64,000 nt of DNA. It comes from a virus. Lineage: Duplodnaviria; Caudoviricetes. The position numbers were made by a program, and so were the translations under genes. The notes below the pieces were generated by a model. It ran no database searches, was not told the origin of the DNA, and saw only the letters and a list, made by a program, of their open reading frames with translations. Shown here one piece after another: positions 1 to 9,241 of this stretch. The stretch spans positions 96,001 to 160,000 of the IMG/VR virus record IMGVR_UViG_3300020079_000007; one strand, 5' to 3'. Positions within the stretch are counted from its first letter, which is position 1, and every line of letters starts with the position of its first letter.

Positions 1-1302
1 TGGGACGGTCTTAAGGGATATTTCATTCCTTGGAAATATGTTGATGTAAAATTGTTTGAAGAAAATGTTATGTCTTGTCAGCATCGCACAGGTGCCAACC
101 CTAAGTTCGATATTAAGTTCTTTTGGAAACACGGTGTATCAAGACGCGTAAATGTTACAGATGCAACAGATAGGCTTGCGCACTGTATTACATCTGAAGT
201 TAGGTCAGGTTTGAAGCCACTTGCGTATCGTTATTCACCTTTCGGCGGTTATGATATTAAGCTTGACAAATGGAAGAAACAAACAAAGTGTGATGACTAT
301 ACAAAAATTCCTAATGACATCCTTGCTCCTTACGCAACAATGGACGCTTTGGTTACTTGGAGAATTCAGTGTGAGTTGTGGACACTTGTTGATGAAATCG
401 ATAGAAACTTCCCTAACGAAAAATATCCTGAGTGGACAATTCGCCGTTGGTATGAAACACAGATGATGGAAATTTACAAAGAAATTTGTAATGTTGAATA
501 TCGCGGTATTTATGTTAACTGGGAATTGATGGAAAAGTACCGTTGTGAAATGGTTGAAGATTTGCGAAAGAAAGATGAAGAGCTTCGTAAAATATGGGGT
601 GTTGATAACAACTTCAACATTTCATCAACAACTGAAGTAGGTAAGTTGTTTGAAAAACTTGGATGGACTTGCTGCGGTCGTAATGAGGCAGGTGTTTATC
701 TTACAGGTGATGAAGCTATGGGTACTTGGTCAAGAGAGAAACGCCCAGGAGTTGATTTGCTTGCTGAATACCGAACTGAAAAAACTTCGCTTGGTTCTTT
801 CGTAGGACTCGATCCTGCTATGTGGCAAACACATAAAGATTGGCCTGAATGGTTGAAACCTAAAGAAACTACAGGTTGGCTTCAATACATTTATCACGAT
901 GAAAACGATGGTAATCCTGAAGAAGGTGGCTCATATCGAGTTCAGCAGTCTTATCTTGTAATGGGAACAGAAACTTATCGTTTCATCGGTAAAGATCCAA
1001 ACTTCCAAAACATCCCTACACGCAACAAGTATGCAGGATTTGTAAAGAAGTGTATTGATACTCCGCCTGCTGATTTGTACACAATCGTAGGCAGTGATGG
1101 CAAGGAATATAATCTTGCGGAGTTTGAGCTTGTTTACACAAATGAAGGCTATAAAACTGCAAAAGAATGTTTCTCAAAAATGAGAAGTTTGCAATTTATT
1201 GATAAAGACCCAGAACATCCTGCAGTTATAAGATGTGGATTTGATAAACAAGAAGACGGATCTTTCAAAAAGCCAGACCCAAAAATTTGGTTTGAAGCAT
1301 AA
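1..1302 (+). CDS. polA: Family A DNA polymerase, N-terminal fragment (3'-5' exonuclease + thumb); 5'-truncated by the window edge, ends before polymerase motif A
   Basis: Frame is open from base 1. ExoII-like NPKFDIKF, ExoIII-like YATMDA and ETYRFIGKDPNFQNIP (PolA TGRLSS..PNLQNIP) are present; no DYSQIELR motif before the stop. Confidence 0.85.
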   Translation, partial: WDGLKGYFIPWKYVDVKLFEENVMSCQHRTGANPKFDIKFFWKHGVSRRVNVTDATDRLAHCITSEVRSGLKPLAYRYSPFGGYDIKLDKWKKQTKCDDYTKIPNDILAPYATMDALVTWRIQCELWTLVDEIDRNFPNEKYPEWTIRRWYETQMMEIYKEICNVEYRGIYVNWELMEKYRCEMVEDLRKKDEELRKIWGVDNNFNISSTTEVGKLFEKLGWTCCGRNEAGVYLTGDEAMGTWSREKRPGVDLLAEYRTEKTSLGSFVGLDPAMWQTHKDWPEWLKPKETTGWLQYIYHDENDGNPEEGGSYRVQQSYLVMGTETYRFIGKDPNFQNIPTRNKYAGFVKKCIDTPPADLYTIVGSDGKEYNLAEFELVYTNEGYKTAKECFSKMRSLQFIDKDPEHPAVIRCGFDKQEDGSFKKPDPKIWFEA

Positions 1303-1307
1303 AAAAT

Positions 1308-1403
1308 GGGCAATATCCATCAGAGAAGATATTAAAATATCTAAGGAGATATTCTGAGGATTACCCCTCCTCAAGGGTTTCTTTCTGACTGGTTTAATTG
1401 CCC
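1308..1403. ncRNA. Putative ~96-nt multibranched structured RNA
   Basis: Closing stem GGGCAAT/ATTGCCC, inner stem CCA-TCAGAG/TTCTGA-C-TGG, hairpins AGATAT-taaa-ATATCT and TGAGGA-ttacccc-TCCTCA. Confidence 0.4.
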
Positions 1404-1437
1404 GATTATTTAGTAAAGATTATTTGATAAAGTTTAA

Positions 1438-1470
1438 TAAAAAAGGAGCCTTTCGGCTCCTTTACTTTTT
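1438..1470. terminator. Bidirectional intrinsic terminator between convergent genes
   Basis: A-run, GGAGCC-tttc-GGCTCC, T-rich tail. Confidence 0.8.
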
Positions 1471-1484
1471 TAACTTACTTATTA

Positions 1485-2795
1485 TTAAATTACTTTGTAA
1501 GTTGCAATGATGCTCAGAAGAACCTCTGGGTCAAGGCCACTGCTGTAAGAACTGAACATTTCAAGGAATGGCCACTTTTCAGCGCTAATCTCGATTGTCT
1601 CTTCTGCAGCTGTGTTAATCTGGAAGCCTGCAACGCGAGCAATATATTCAATCTTACGAAGATTGTCTCTTGCAGTCCAAGAATTGTTGTACTTTTCTGC
1701 AGACTCAACAACTTTCATAAATTCTTTGATTCTTTCCATTTCATCAGGTGTTGCTGCAAGGTTGAGACGGCTTGCATTTGCATCCCAATACTTTGTAATC
1801 TTTTCACGAACAGGGCTTAAAGAAAGAATACCGATACGTCCTTCAATGTTTGTAATCTTGTTCTTTGAAGCAAGATTTTCGTAATACTTCAGACCCTGCT
1901 TTTTAGCAAACTCAATGAAAGTGTTCAACTTCTTGTAAGCTTCACCTTTCTGAAGGCGCTTCCAATCACCGTAGTTGATTTTCAAAGCCTTTCTTTTAGG
2001 GAAGACAACGTTCAGGTAATCTTCAATACCGTGAAGATACTTTGAAGGAGTAGTCTTGCAAACATTCAAATCAGCAGAGTAGTAATCACTACGATTGCGG
2101 GCGATGAAGATGATTGCATCTTTAAGGTTTGCATCAGCCAAGATTTCGTTTGCACTGTAAACTTTATCAGCATCATATTTTCCAATTCCGCCGAAAAGCT
2201 TTTCATCATCAACGCGGTCTGCAAGTCGGGCAACAGCTTTCTTTTCTGTTTTACCGTTTACATCAACTTCAACATAATCGTCGAAGTTGAAAACTCTTGG
2301 GCTTGCATATCCAACTTTCTTTACAAGATCTTCGATATTAGGACCCATAATTGTGATTGGGTAATCATCTGTAAGTTTGTTTTTTGCAAGGATGTCGTCA
2401 AGAACCATTGCAGAACCGTTAGGGAACCAACGGAAGTCAGCAGAGTCCATAAACTTGTCATACTTTTTCTGAGAAATGTTTACAAAGATTATTGACTTTT
2501 CTTTGTTTTCAGAGAAGAAGTATCCGATCTTCTGTTCGATTGTGTTGAATTTTGCAATGTAAGAAGGTCCTGCATACTTGTGAACCTGACGATTGTTGTT
2601 GTTTCTGTAAGTTGATACTTCGATAAAAGGAAGACTGAAAATACCATCAATTTTCTTTTCAATCTTTGACTGCTTTTCAGCCTGAATTTTGACGATGTCA
2701 GAAATATCATCTTCAAGCAAGTCCTGATACTTTTCAACGATTTTTGTAAGCTTTCCGATACGCTTGCAAGTGTTGTAAGACTGTTTGATATTCAT
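1485..2795 (-). CDS. Hypothetical protein, possibly the C-terminal half of a split rIIA
   Basis: 436-aa ORF with strong SD (AAGGAG) and its own early-type promoter, directly downstream of a short rIIA-like gene. Confidence 0.5.
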   Translation of the reverse strand: MNIKQSYNTCKRIGKLTKIVEKYQDLLEDDISDIVKIQAEKQSKIEKKIDGIFSLPFIEVSTYRNNNNRQVHKYAGPSYIAKFNTIEQKIGYFFSENKEKSIIFVNISQKKYDKFMDSADFRWFPNGSAMVLDDILAKNKLTDDYPITIMGPNIEDLVKKVGYASPRVFNFDDYVEVDVNGKTEKKAVARLADRVDDEKLFGGIGKYDADKVYSANEILADANLKDAIIFIARNRSDYYSADLNVCKTTPSKYLHGIEDYLNVVFPKRKALKINYGDWKRLQKGEAYKKLNTFIEFAKKQGLKYYENLASKNKITNIEGRIGILSLSPVREKITKYWDANASRLNLAATPDEMERIKEFMKVVESAEKYNNSWTARDNLRKIEYIARVAGFQINTAAEETIEISAEKWPFLEMFSSYSSGLDPEVLLSIIATYKVI

Positions 2796-2829
2796 ATAAG
2801 TTACTCCTTTCGATTGATTTTACAAATAT

Positions 2830-2858
2830 AATATAAAGAAGTTGCCGGAAAAGTTCAG
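2830..2858 (-). promoter_or_regulatory. Early-type promoter CTGAAC-N17-TATATT, overlapping a hairpin (2843-2868)
   Basis: Matches the motif repeated at 3952, 17798, 27705 and 42558. Confidence 0.65.
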
Positions 2859-2876
2859 TTTTCCGGCATTTTTTCT

Positions 2877-3917
2877 TTATGCTGTTGCGAGTTCTTCGTA
2901 AGCTTTTCTTGAGTAGAAGTTTACGATTGATCTTTTCAAAGCATTTTTTGTTGCTTCTGTGTAATTCAACTTTTCACGAGAAGCCTGAAAGTTCAAAGAA
3001 CCGATTGGGAAGTGAAGAACCAAAGTATGGTTGTGTGAGTCTTCTTTGAAGAAAGAAATTGCATCGTAATCTCCATCGAAAACCTGTGCAATATCAACAT
3101 CGTAAGGAACTCCACCCATATCAACGATTGTTCCTGAGAAACGGCCCGCAATCTTTGAGATAAACTTGTTTGCTGCCATCATATCAGCGTCAGTTGCATC
3201 GTAAGCGTCTGAATACTTGTCTGTCCTTACAATAAGGCGGTTTTCTCCCTTCAAAAGCTTGCGGATGTTGTTGAACTGCTCAAGGCTTTCAACTTCAGCC
3301 TGCTGCAGGAACTTGTCAGCTCCGTTGAGAAGTTCAGGCATCTGCTGTGCAAAAGCAAGTACCGGAATTGCTTCGTAAATGTAGTTGAAATGCTTGTCAG
3401 AAGGAACTGCGAAGTAAACCTTTGTTCCTGTTTCGTTTGAAGGCTCTTCACCGATAAACTTAAAACGTGGCTTTCTGTCAGGACCGCGGTAACAAAGAGC
3501 TGTTCTCTTTACGCCGTCTTTTGAACTTTCAACTGTCCAAGTATCAGCAACAGAGAACGGAGATTTTGCTCCAACTCCAAGGCCACCGATCTGGTCGTTT
3601 GTATCACGCTTGTCAGAACCACCGTAAGTGAAAACATTACGCATTTTTGCGGCATCCATTCCTATACCGTAATCACGAACCCAGAAAGTTGGGTCAATTT
3701 CGTTAGGAAAGTGTATCTGCACAGGATTTTCAACTCCTGCGGCGATATTTGCGTCAATTGCGTTTGAAAGAACTTCACGAATTACTGACTGAATTGGGTT
3801 TGAATAGAGCTTTGTCGAAAGAATGTCGAACAAGCCTGCATCGTTTGAATTGAGTGAAAATACTTCACCGTCGTCGATATTTGACTGAATGTCGGCTGCA
3901 TTTGAATTGATTACCAT
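2877..3917 (-). CDS. rIIA: rIIA-like protein (GHKL/HSP90-like ATPase domain)
   Basis: ILSTKLYSNPIQSVIREVLSNAIDAN, RDYGIGM, GGLGVGAKSPF, GTKVYF and SREKL motifs. Confidence 0.8.
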   Translation of the reverse strand: MVINSNAADIQSNIDDGEVFSLNSNDAGLFDILSTKLYSNPIQSVIREVLSNAIDANIAAGVENPVQIHFPNEIDPTFWVRDYGIGMDAAKMRNVFTYGGSDKRDTNDQIGGLGVGAKSPFSVADTWTVESSKDGVKRTALCYRGPDRKPRFKFIGEEPSNETGTKVYFAVPSDKHFNYIYEAIPVLAFAQQMPELLNGADKFLQQAEVESLEQFNNIRKLLKGENRLIVRTDKYSDAYDATDADMMAANKFISKIAGRFSGTIVDMGGVPYDVDIAQVFDGDYDAISFFKEDSHNHTLVLHFPIGSLNFQASREKLNYTEATKNALKRSIVNFYSRKAYEELATA

Positions 3918-3951
3918 AGATTTTACTCCTTTTGTTCCAAATTACAATAAT

Positions 3952-3980
3952 AATATAAAAGAAGTAAAGTAAAAGTTTAA
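3952..3980 (-). promoter_or_regulatory. Early-type promoter TTAAAC-N17-TATATT
   Basis: Exact 17-nt spacer, followed by ATTATTGTAA and SD AAGGAG. Confidence 0.7.
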
Positions 3981-3984
3981 AAAA

Positions 3985-4440
3985 TTATGTAGGAATTTGC
4001 ACAGAAGCGTCTTTTCCGTAAATATAGTCATCTGCGGCAAATAAACCTGTGATTTTGTCCCTAACTGCGACTTTGACATACCAATAAGGTTTTGGTGCCA
4101 TACATTTGACTTCACATTGAATAATCTCAGCTTGAGGAAATTCTGCTGCTGCTTGTTTGATAAGTTCTGACTTTATAAGAGGTTCTGAGTCAGCATTAAA
4201 AGGATATTCGTGGATAGTCTCTGTTAAGAATCCGCCGTAATCTGCATTACGAATATAAGAGGTACTTCTTGATTGCAACCACATCTTTAAGGCATTAAGT
4301 ACAGGTGAACCCTTTCTTAATTCAATGTTATCAGGGCTGCTTGCATCAACGCCCTCATAATTTAAGTCTTGATAATCAATATTCTTTTGTAAAGATTTTT
4401 CAAGTTGTTTTAAGTTTCTTAAAATTACTGAACTTGCCAT
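3985..4440 (-). CDS. Baseplate wedge protein, T4 gp25/GPW-like
   Basis: LKMWLQSRSTSYIRNADYGGFL...IKSELIKQAAAEFPQAEIIQCEV fits the gp25 pattern; tail context. Confidence 0.6.
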   Translation of the reverse strand: MASSVILRNLKQLEKSLQKNIDYQDLNYEGVDASSPDNIELRKGSPVLNALKMWLQSRSTSYIRNADYGGFLTETIHEYPFNADSEPLIKSELIKQAAAEFPQAEIIQCEVKCMAPKPYWYVKVAVRDKITGLFAADDYIYGKDASVQIPT

Positions 4441-4450
4441 TTGTTACCTC

Positions 4451-5095
4451 TTAGAATAAACGAAGCTTTTTAGCAGAACCCCAGAAATCGTCTTCGCTAA
4501 TCTCTGTGATTGCTGACGTTACGTTTTGATAATCAATACGAACCACTTTATATGTTACTGTAACTGTTTTAATGTCTCCGCCGCCTGCAGAATCGTATTT
4601 AATTTCACCTATGCTTATAGGCTGCAAGCCTTTCATAAAACAGTAGCCTGTTTGCTTTGGGACTGGGAGAGAGTCAAAAGGCGACTCTAAATTTTCATTA
4701 CCTTCAACAAAAGCATATTTCACAACATTCATATCAATCATAGGCGGGTGTCCTACTGCCCAAATGCCTGTACCAAAGTCAACGGCGCGGCTCATTAAAG
4801 CAAGATGATACTTTTGAATTGAGTCGAAAGCGTCTTCATACCAGTTGATTGTGACCGTATCATTGATAGTTACCTTCTTTGGAAATGAAGCTCTTAATTG
4901 GTCGTCATATTCATACTCAAGTGTAGGCGGAGTTATTGTAATATCTTTAATACGAAATCTTGCGTTCTTAACTCCTGCTGTTCCCACTAAGTCTGCAATA
5001 AATAAAGAGTCATTGGCTACAGGCATAACACCATAAAGGTAGTCTAATGATTGAGATTGAAAATCTAAAAATTCATTCTGAGTTGTGTCTGCCAT
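4451..5095 (-). CDS. Tail tube-like protein (T4 gp19/gp54 fold)
   Basis: ITITPP...PKKVTINDTVTINWYED and GLQPISIGEIKYDS...KTVTVTYKV fit the tube-fold pattern. Confidence 0.55.
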   Translation of the reverse strand: MADTTQNEFLDFQSQSLDYLYGVMPVANDSLFIADLVGTAGVKNARFRIKDITITPPTLEYEYDDQLRASFPKKVTINDTVTINWYEDAFDSIQKYHLALMSRAVDFGTGIWAVGHPPMIDMNVVKYAFVEGNENLESPFDSLPVPKQTGYCFMKGLQPISIGEIKYDSAGGGDIKTVTVTYKVVRIDYQNVTSAITEISEDDFWGSAKKLRLF

Positions 5096-5105
5096 AAAAA
5101 ATTAG

Positions 5106-6152
5106 TTAATATTTACCATCAGCGGTAATGTGAGCAAGTTTTCGATATACGAATGGGAATGTTGCAGAAAGTGGGTCTGCGCTGTCATTCTTAAACTGTA
5201 TGCTTGAACTTCTTCCTAAGAAACGGCAATCGTGGAAAATATATCTTTGAACTCTGTCGGTCTTAAATGATTCCGTAGGTGACTTTACAATCTGTACATC
5301 TGTTTCACCGAACCCAACTGTTCCCATAAGGTCGTGATAACGAGAGAATGTAAAGTAGTCGGCATCATATTCAACTACAATATCCAAAAGTTTACCTTTG
5401 CCATTTACTTTACGCATTGCAATGCCTAAAAAGTTGTAGAAGTTTTTTCCTTCAAGTGGGTGCAATGGAGAATTTTCTATGAAGTCTTTTCTTTTTCTTT
5501 CTGCTGCCCAGCAATCCGCATTAAGAGCGTGAAAAGCATCAAGAACATACATATTTTGGTCAAGTCTTATTGTAAGATCCAACTTTGTGTTTCTTTCATA
5601 ACGGCCCACAACTTTATTTATTGTGTGGCCTGCATATTGAATTGTGCCTGTGCTTTGTTTCTTTTGAGGAAACTCTATCCCATCAATTCTTGTGCCTATC
5701 AAAGACCATCTTTGTTCAAAAGGCGTTGAAAGAATGTTGCGTCCTGAGTCGTATGTTACTCTTTCAATGTTTTTTGATACATCAACATCAGTAATGTCTT
5801 TTCCGTTATCAACTAATATGAAATAAACATTGTACATATTAGGCATAAAGTCAGGCTCTTGAGACATTAAAACTTCAATAGGTGTTATAGCATCTTCAAT
5901 CTTTGTAACATCTTTTAAGTTCTTAATCCAATTTATTTCGTATTGTTCCTGTCCTTCGATAGGAGAAAGTGTTGGCTGAAAATTATCAATCTCTTTTATG
6001 TCGGTATAATCGACTTCGTTATTAAGCTTATGTGCGTCAAGGTCATCATTGTCAATACGAGTTGTCTTTTTTGTATTTGTTACATCTTCCAATGTATATT
6101 CTTGTGAGACATCATCAAGATGAACTTCATTGATTTGAGTGTAGTCAACCAT
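5106..6152 (-). CDS. Tail tube-like/baseplate-tube junction protein with acidic N-terminal extension
   Basis: IEFPQ...TIQYAGHTINKVVG...LDLTIRLD and YIFHDCRFLG..IQF..ATFPFVY. Confidence 0.45.
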   Translation of the reverse strand: MVDYTQINEVHLDDVSQEYTLEDVTNTKKTTRIDNDDLDAHKLNNEVDYTDIKEIDNFQPTLSPIEGQEQYEINWIKNLKDVTKIEDAITPIEVLMSQEPDFMPNMYNVYFILVDNGKDITDVDVSKNIERVTYDSGRNILSTPFEQRWSLIGTRIDGIEFPQKKQSTGTIQYAGHTINKVVGRYERNTKLDLTIRLDQNMYVLDAFHALNADCWAAERKRKDFIENSPLHPLEGKNFYNFLGIAMRKVNGKGKLLDIVVEYDADYFTFSRYHDLMGTVGFGETDVQIVKSPTESFKTDRVQRYIFHDCRFLGRSSSIQFKNDSADPLSATFPFVYRKLAHITADGKY

Positions 6153-6167
6153 AATCTAATTAGTCAT

Positions 6168-6191
6168 AAAAAAGGAGGCCGAAGCCTCCTT
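6168..6191 (-). terminator. Intrinsic terminator (originally directly downstream of recA)
   Basis: Minus strand AAGGAGGC-TTCG-GCCTCCTTTTTTT. Confidence 0.85.
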
Positions 6192-6346
6192 GGAGTTTAT
6201 AAAAAGCGAGCGTAGAAAAATGTTTGGTCTTTAGCCAAACATATGAATACGCTCAATCTTTTCAAACTATATTAACTAAATATTATATATTTTAGAAACA
6301 CTAACTAAATATATAAAAGGTACTAACTAATATAAGGAGAAACAAA

Positions 6347-6775
6347 ATGAGAGAACTACAAACAAACTCACATTGCAAAAACTTGATTTTGTATCATCTC
6401 ATCTTCGTATGCAAATACAGAAGAAAATGTTTCTCTAATACTGATTTTGCAGAAAATCTAAAACTTCAGTTTTTTGAAATAGCAAAGAAATATGATTTTG
6501 AAATAGACACAATAGACTTAGATTACTCAAAGCCAGACCATATTCATATTCTTGTAAGAAGTGTTCCTAAACTAAGTCCATTGCAGATTGTAAGAGTTTT
6601 GAAACAGCAAGCAAACTATTGGGCTTGGCAAAACTATGAAACTTACCTAAAACAGTTCTATTGGAGAGCACATCATCTTTGGACAAGAGGATATTTCTGC
6701 TCAACAGTTGGTAATGTATCTGCTGATACATTTCACGAATACTTAGAAAGACAAGGGAGGAATGAACAATGCTAA
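6347..6775 (+). CDS. tnpA: Y1 HUH transposase
   Basis: YHLIFVCKYRR, PDHIHILV (HUH), LWTRGYFCSTVG, catalytic Y in EYLERQ. Confidence 0.95.
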   Translation: MRELQTNSHCKNLILYHLIFVCKYRRKCFSNTDFAENLKLQFFEIAKKYDFEIDTIDLDYSKPDHIHILVRSVPKLSPLQIVRVLKQQANYWAWQNYETYLKQFYWRAHHLWTRGYFCSTVGNVSADTFHEYLERQGRNEQC

Positions 6776-7986
6776 AAGCCTATGAGTTCAGAATCTTCCC
6801 AACAAAAGAACAAGAACAGTTTCTTCTCAAAACTAATGGTCTTTGCAGGTTGTATTGGAATACAGCTTTGGCAAGAAAACAAGAAGCTTATGACAATAAT
6901 GAAAAGTGGAATATTGGAACAGCTAAAAAGGTATTTGAAGAATGTAAACCTGAAGCTATTGAATGGTGTAATGAGGTAGATAGTTCTGCTTTAGCAGCAG
7001 AATGGAATGATATAACTTCAGCTTTCAACAACTTCTTCAAATCTTGTAAAGGACAAAGAAAACTTAGAGTGAATGCTCCAAAGTTCAAGTCAAGAAAATA
7101 CTCTCAAGTTGCTATTACTTGGACTTCAATGGCAAAGCCTAAAATCCTAAAGAACGGATATTTGTTCTTGACAAGAAAACTTGGTCCAGTGAAAGGAACT
7201 TTTCACAGATGGGCAGAAGGTGATTTCAAACACGCAACAATCAAACAAACCCCTACAGGAAAATGGTTTGTAAAGATTTGTGTTGATAAAAAAGACAAAC
7301 CTAAAAATAAAAATGGAAAATCAGTTGGTATAGACTGGAACTGTAGAGATGAAGACTTCATAGTAATGTCGAATGGCACGAAAGTCAAGTGTCCTAGATT
7401 CTTACAAAGGTCTTCTAAACAGCTTAGTCACCAACAGAAGATAATGAGCAAAAGATTTGTAAAAGGTCTTGAAACTCAAAGTTCCAACTATTACAGACAA
7501 AAACAAAAAGTTGCACTTTTGCACGAAAAAGTAACTAATCAAAGAAAAGATTGGTTACATAAACTTTCAAGACAAATCTGTAATGAGTATGAAACTGTAG
7601 TAGTTGAAGACATCAACTTACAGACAATGAGTAAAATGAATCACGGTAAAGTTGTGGGAGACCAAGGATTTGGAATGCTTAGGCAGATGATTTCTTACAA
7701 AGGTAATCTTGTAAAAGTAAATCCAAAAAACACTTCTAAAACTTGCCATAGTTGTGGATTTGTAAATCCAAAAGTAAAAGTTGGTGTAAACTATTGGGAA
7801 TGTCCAAGTTGTGGAGCAACCCACGACCGTGACATAAATGCAGCTCTAAATATACTTTTCAAGTATAATGCTAGCCAGAGCATAGTAGGCAGGGAACGAG
7901 CCGAAATTACAAATGCCTGTGGAGCACCAAGCAGTGCTGTGAAGCAGGAAGTTTCTAATCCATCAAGTCGAGTACTCGGCTCGTAA
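6769..7986 (+). CDS. tnpB: RNA-guided endonuclease TnpB
   Basis: RuvC GIDWN / VVEDIN / HDRDINAALNI intact; zinc finger CHSCG..CPSCG. Confidence 0.95.
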   Translation: MLKAYEFRIFPTKEQEQFLLKTNGLCRLYWNTALARKQEAYDNNEKWNIGTAKKVFEECKPEAIEWCNEVDSSALAAEWNDITSAFNNFFKSCKGQRKLRVNAPKFKSRKYSQVAITWTSMAKPKILKNGYLFLTRKLGPVKGTFHRWAEGDFKHATIKQTPTGKWFVKICVDKKDKPKNKNGKSVGIDWNCRDEDFIVMSNGTKVKCPRFLQRSSKQLSHQQKIMSKRFVKGLETQSSNYYRQKQKVALLHEKVTNQRKDWLHKLSRQICNEYETVVVEDINLQTMSKMNHGKVVGDQGFGMLRQMISYKGNLVKVNPKNTSKTCHSCGFVNPKVKVGVNYWECPSCGATHDRDINAALNILFKYNASQSIVGRERAEITNACGAPSSAVKQEVSNPSSRVLGS

Positions 7987-8047
7987 GATTAGGAAGATAT
8001 TCGGTCTTTAGCCGAATATCCGTTCACTATGTCTACATTATGAATGT
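7870..8047 (+). ncRNA. Predicted TnpB omega (re)RNA with guide from the 3' flank (8028-8047); 5' end approximate
   Basis: Position inferred from known IS605 architecture (tnpB 3' end through the right end). Confidence 0.5.
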
Positions 8048-8050
8048 ATT

Positions 8051-9241
8051 CTACTCTTCATCTGCTGTTTCGTTTTCCTCAGCCTGAGCGACAAGTTTCT
8101 CATATTCTTCTTTAGAGAAGTTCTGTTCTGCCCACTGTTCTTCATCAGCAGTATTTTCCATACCTTCAATCTCGTTAGAGATGATGTCCATAATAACATC
8201 CTTGATTGCTTTCCACTCTTCAGGTTTTACTTCACCCGACTGAATTGCCTTTACGAAAGCATCTTTTCCGTGGAAGTTCCAACCAAAGTTTGTCTTTGAA
8301 TTGTAGTAACCCTTTGAACGGCAGTCAACAAGTTTAAGCAATCTTGGGTCTTCTGCAAAGTCATACAAGAAGTCAACAAATTCTCCATCTGAATTGAAGC
8401 CACCTTTGTAGTAAAGGTCCATTTCACATTCACGGAATGGAATACCTGTCTTGTTCTTCATATTGCGGACCTGCATATGAATACCTACAACTTTTGAGCC
8501 TTCTGTAAGGTTTTCAATCTTACGAACACGGTTAAGAGTTGAAGCAACATATTTCAAAGCGTATCCACCAGTTGTTGCGATTGCGTGAGACATTGTATTC
8601 ATCTGAGCACGCTCTTGTGAAATGACAAACATTGTTGTGTGATAGTTGGCACAAAGAATGTTGAAACGGTTACAGAAGTCCTTCAAAGCTTTTGCGTTAT
8701 TACCAAAGTTGGCTTTATTGAACTCATCATCAAGAACTGTTTTTGTTACTGACATTGACTCAGAGTCGAAGATAACACAAGCAACTGTGTTTGACTTAAT
8801 CATCTGCTCGAGAGCAAAAGCGCCTTCTTCAAGGTTGTCAGGTTGCAACAATGTAAAGTGAGCATCTTTGTTGATTGAGCCATCTGGGTTTACCAAAGAT
8901 GTTACATCAAGACCATTCTCTTTTGCGTGATCTGGGTCGAAAGAACGCTCAAAGTCCATATAAACAACCATATCGTGGTCAGCAAGTTCTGGGAACTGTT
9001 CTCCCAAGTGTTTCTGAAACTGACCTGCAATATAAGTACAAATTGTAGACTTACCACCCGACTCAGGTCCAATGTAACGGTGAACTGCTCCGATCTTAAT
9101 ACCGCCACCGTACATAAAAGAAAGACGAGGAGAGTCAAGTCTCAACATCTTTTTAAGAGTATTTGAGTCTGCGGGCTTAATTGCGTTTGCGCATTTCTTT
9201 TGAACTGCAGCAACCGCCTTCAAAAAATCTGGACTAGCCAT
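8051..9241 (-). CDS. recA: RecA/UvsX-like recombinase
   Basis: Walker A GPESGGKST, DFERSFDP, VIFDS, ISQER, TTGGYALKYVAST, KNK. Confidence 0.92.
   Translation of the reverse strand: MASPDFLKAVAAVQKKCANAIKPADSNTLKKMLRLDSPRLSFMYGGGIKIGAVHRYIGPESGGKSTICTYIAGQFQKHLGEQFPELADHDMVVYMDFERSFDPDHAKENGLDVTSLVNPDGSINKDAHFTLLQPDNLEEGAFALEQMIKSNTVACVIFDSESMSVTKTVLDDEFNKANFGNNAKALKDFCNRFNILCANYHTTMFVISQERAQMNTMSHAIATTGGYALKYVASTLNRVRKIENLTEGSKVVGIHMQVRNMKNKTGIPFRECEMDLYYKGGFNSDGEFVDFLYDFAEDPRLLKLVDCRSKGYYNSKTNFGWNFHGKDAFVKAIQSGEVKPEEWKAIKDVIMDIISNEIEGMENTADEEQWAEQNFSKEEYEKLVAQAEENETADEE

Larger units (their letters stand above)
6201..8027 (+). mobile_element. IS200/IS605-family element (IS605 group, tnpA+tnpB), inserted 3' of TTAT
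   Basis: Subterminal hairpins share the loop TCTTTAG (ATGTTTGG/CCAAACAT and GATATTCGG/CCGAATATC). Guides AAAA and GAAG match cleavage tetranucleotides TTAT (6197-6200) and TCAC (8024-8027) under IS608 pairing rules. Confidence 0.85.

Noticed and set aside
1051-1302. Functional split intein in the polymerase
   Set aside because: No block A and the TxxH is lost; only a degenerate remnant is supportable.
1354-1360. CTGAGGA matches the hammerhead core CUGANGA
   Set aside because: No correctly placed GAAA or stems; the motif is itself paired in a hairpin.
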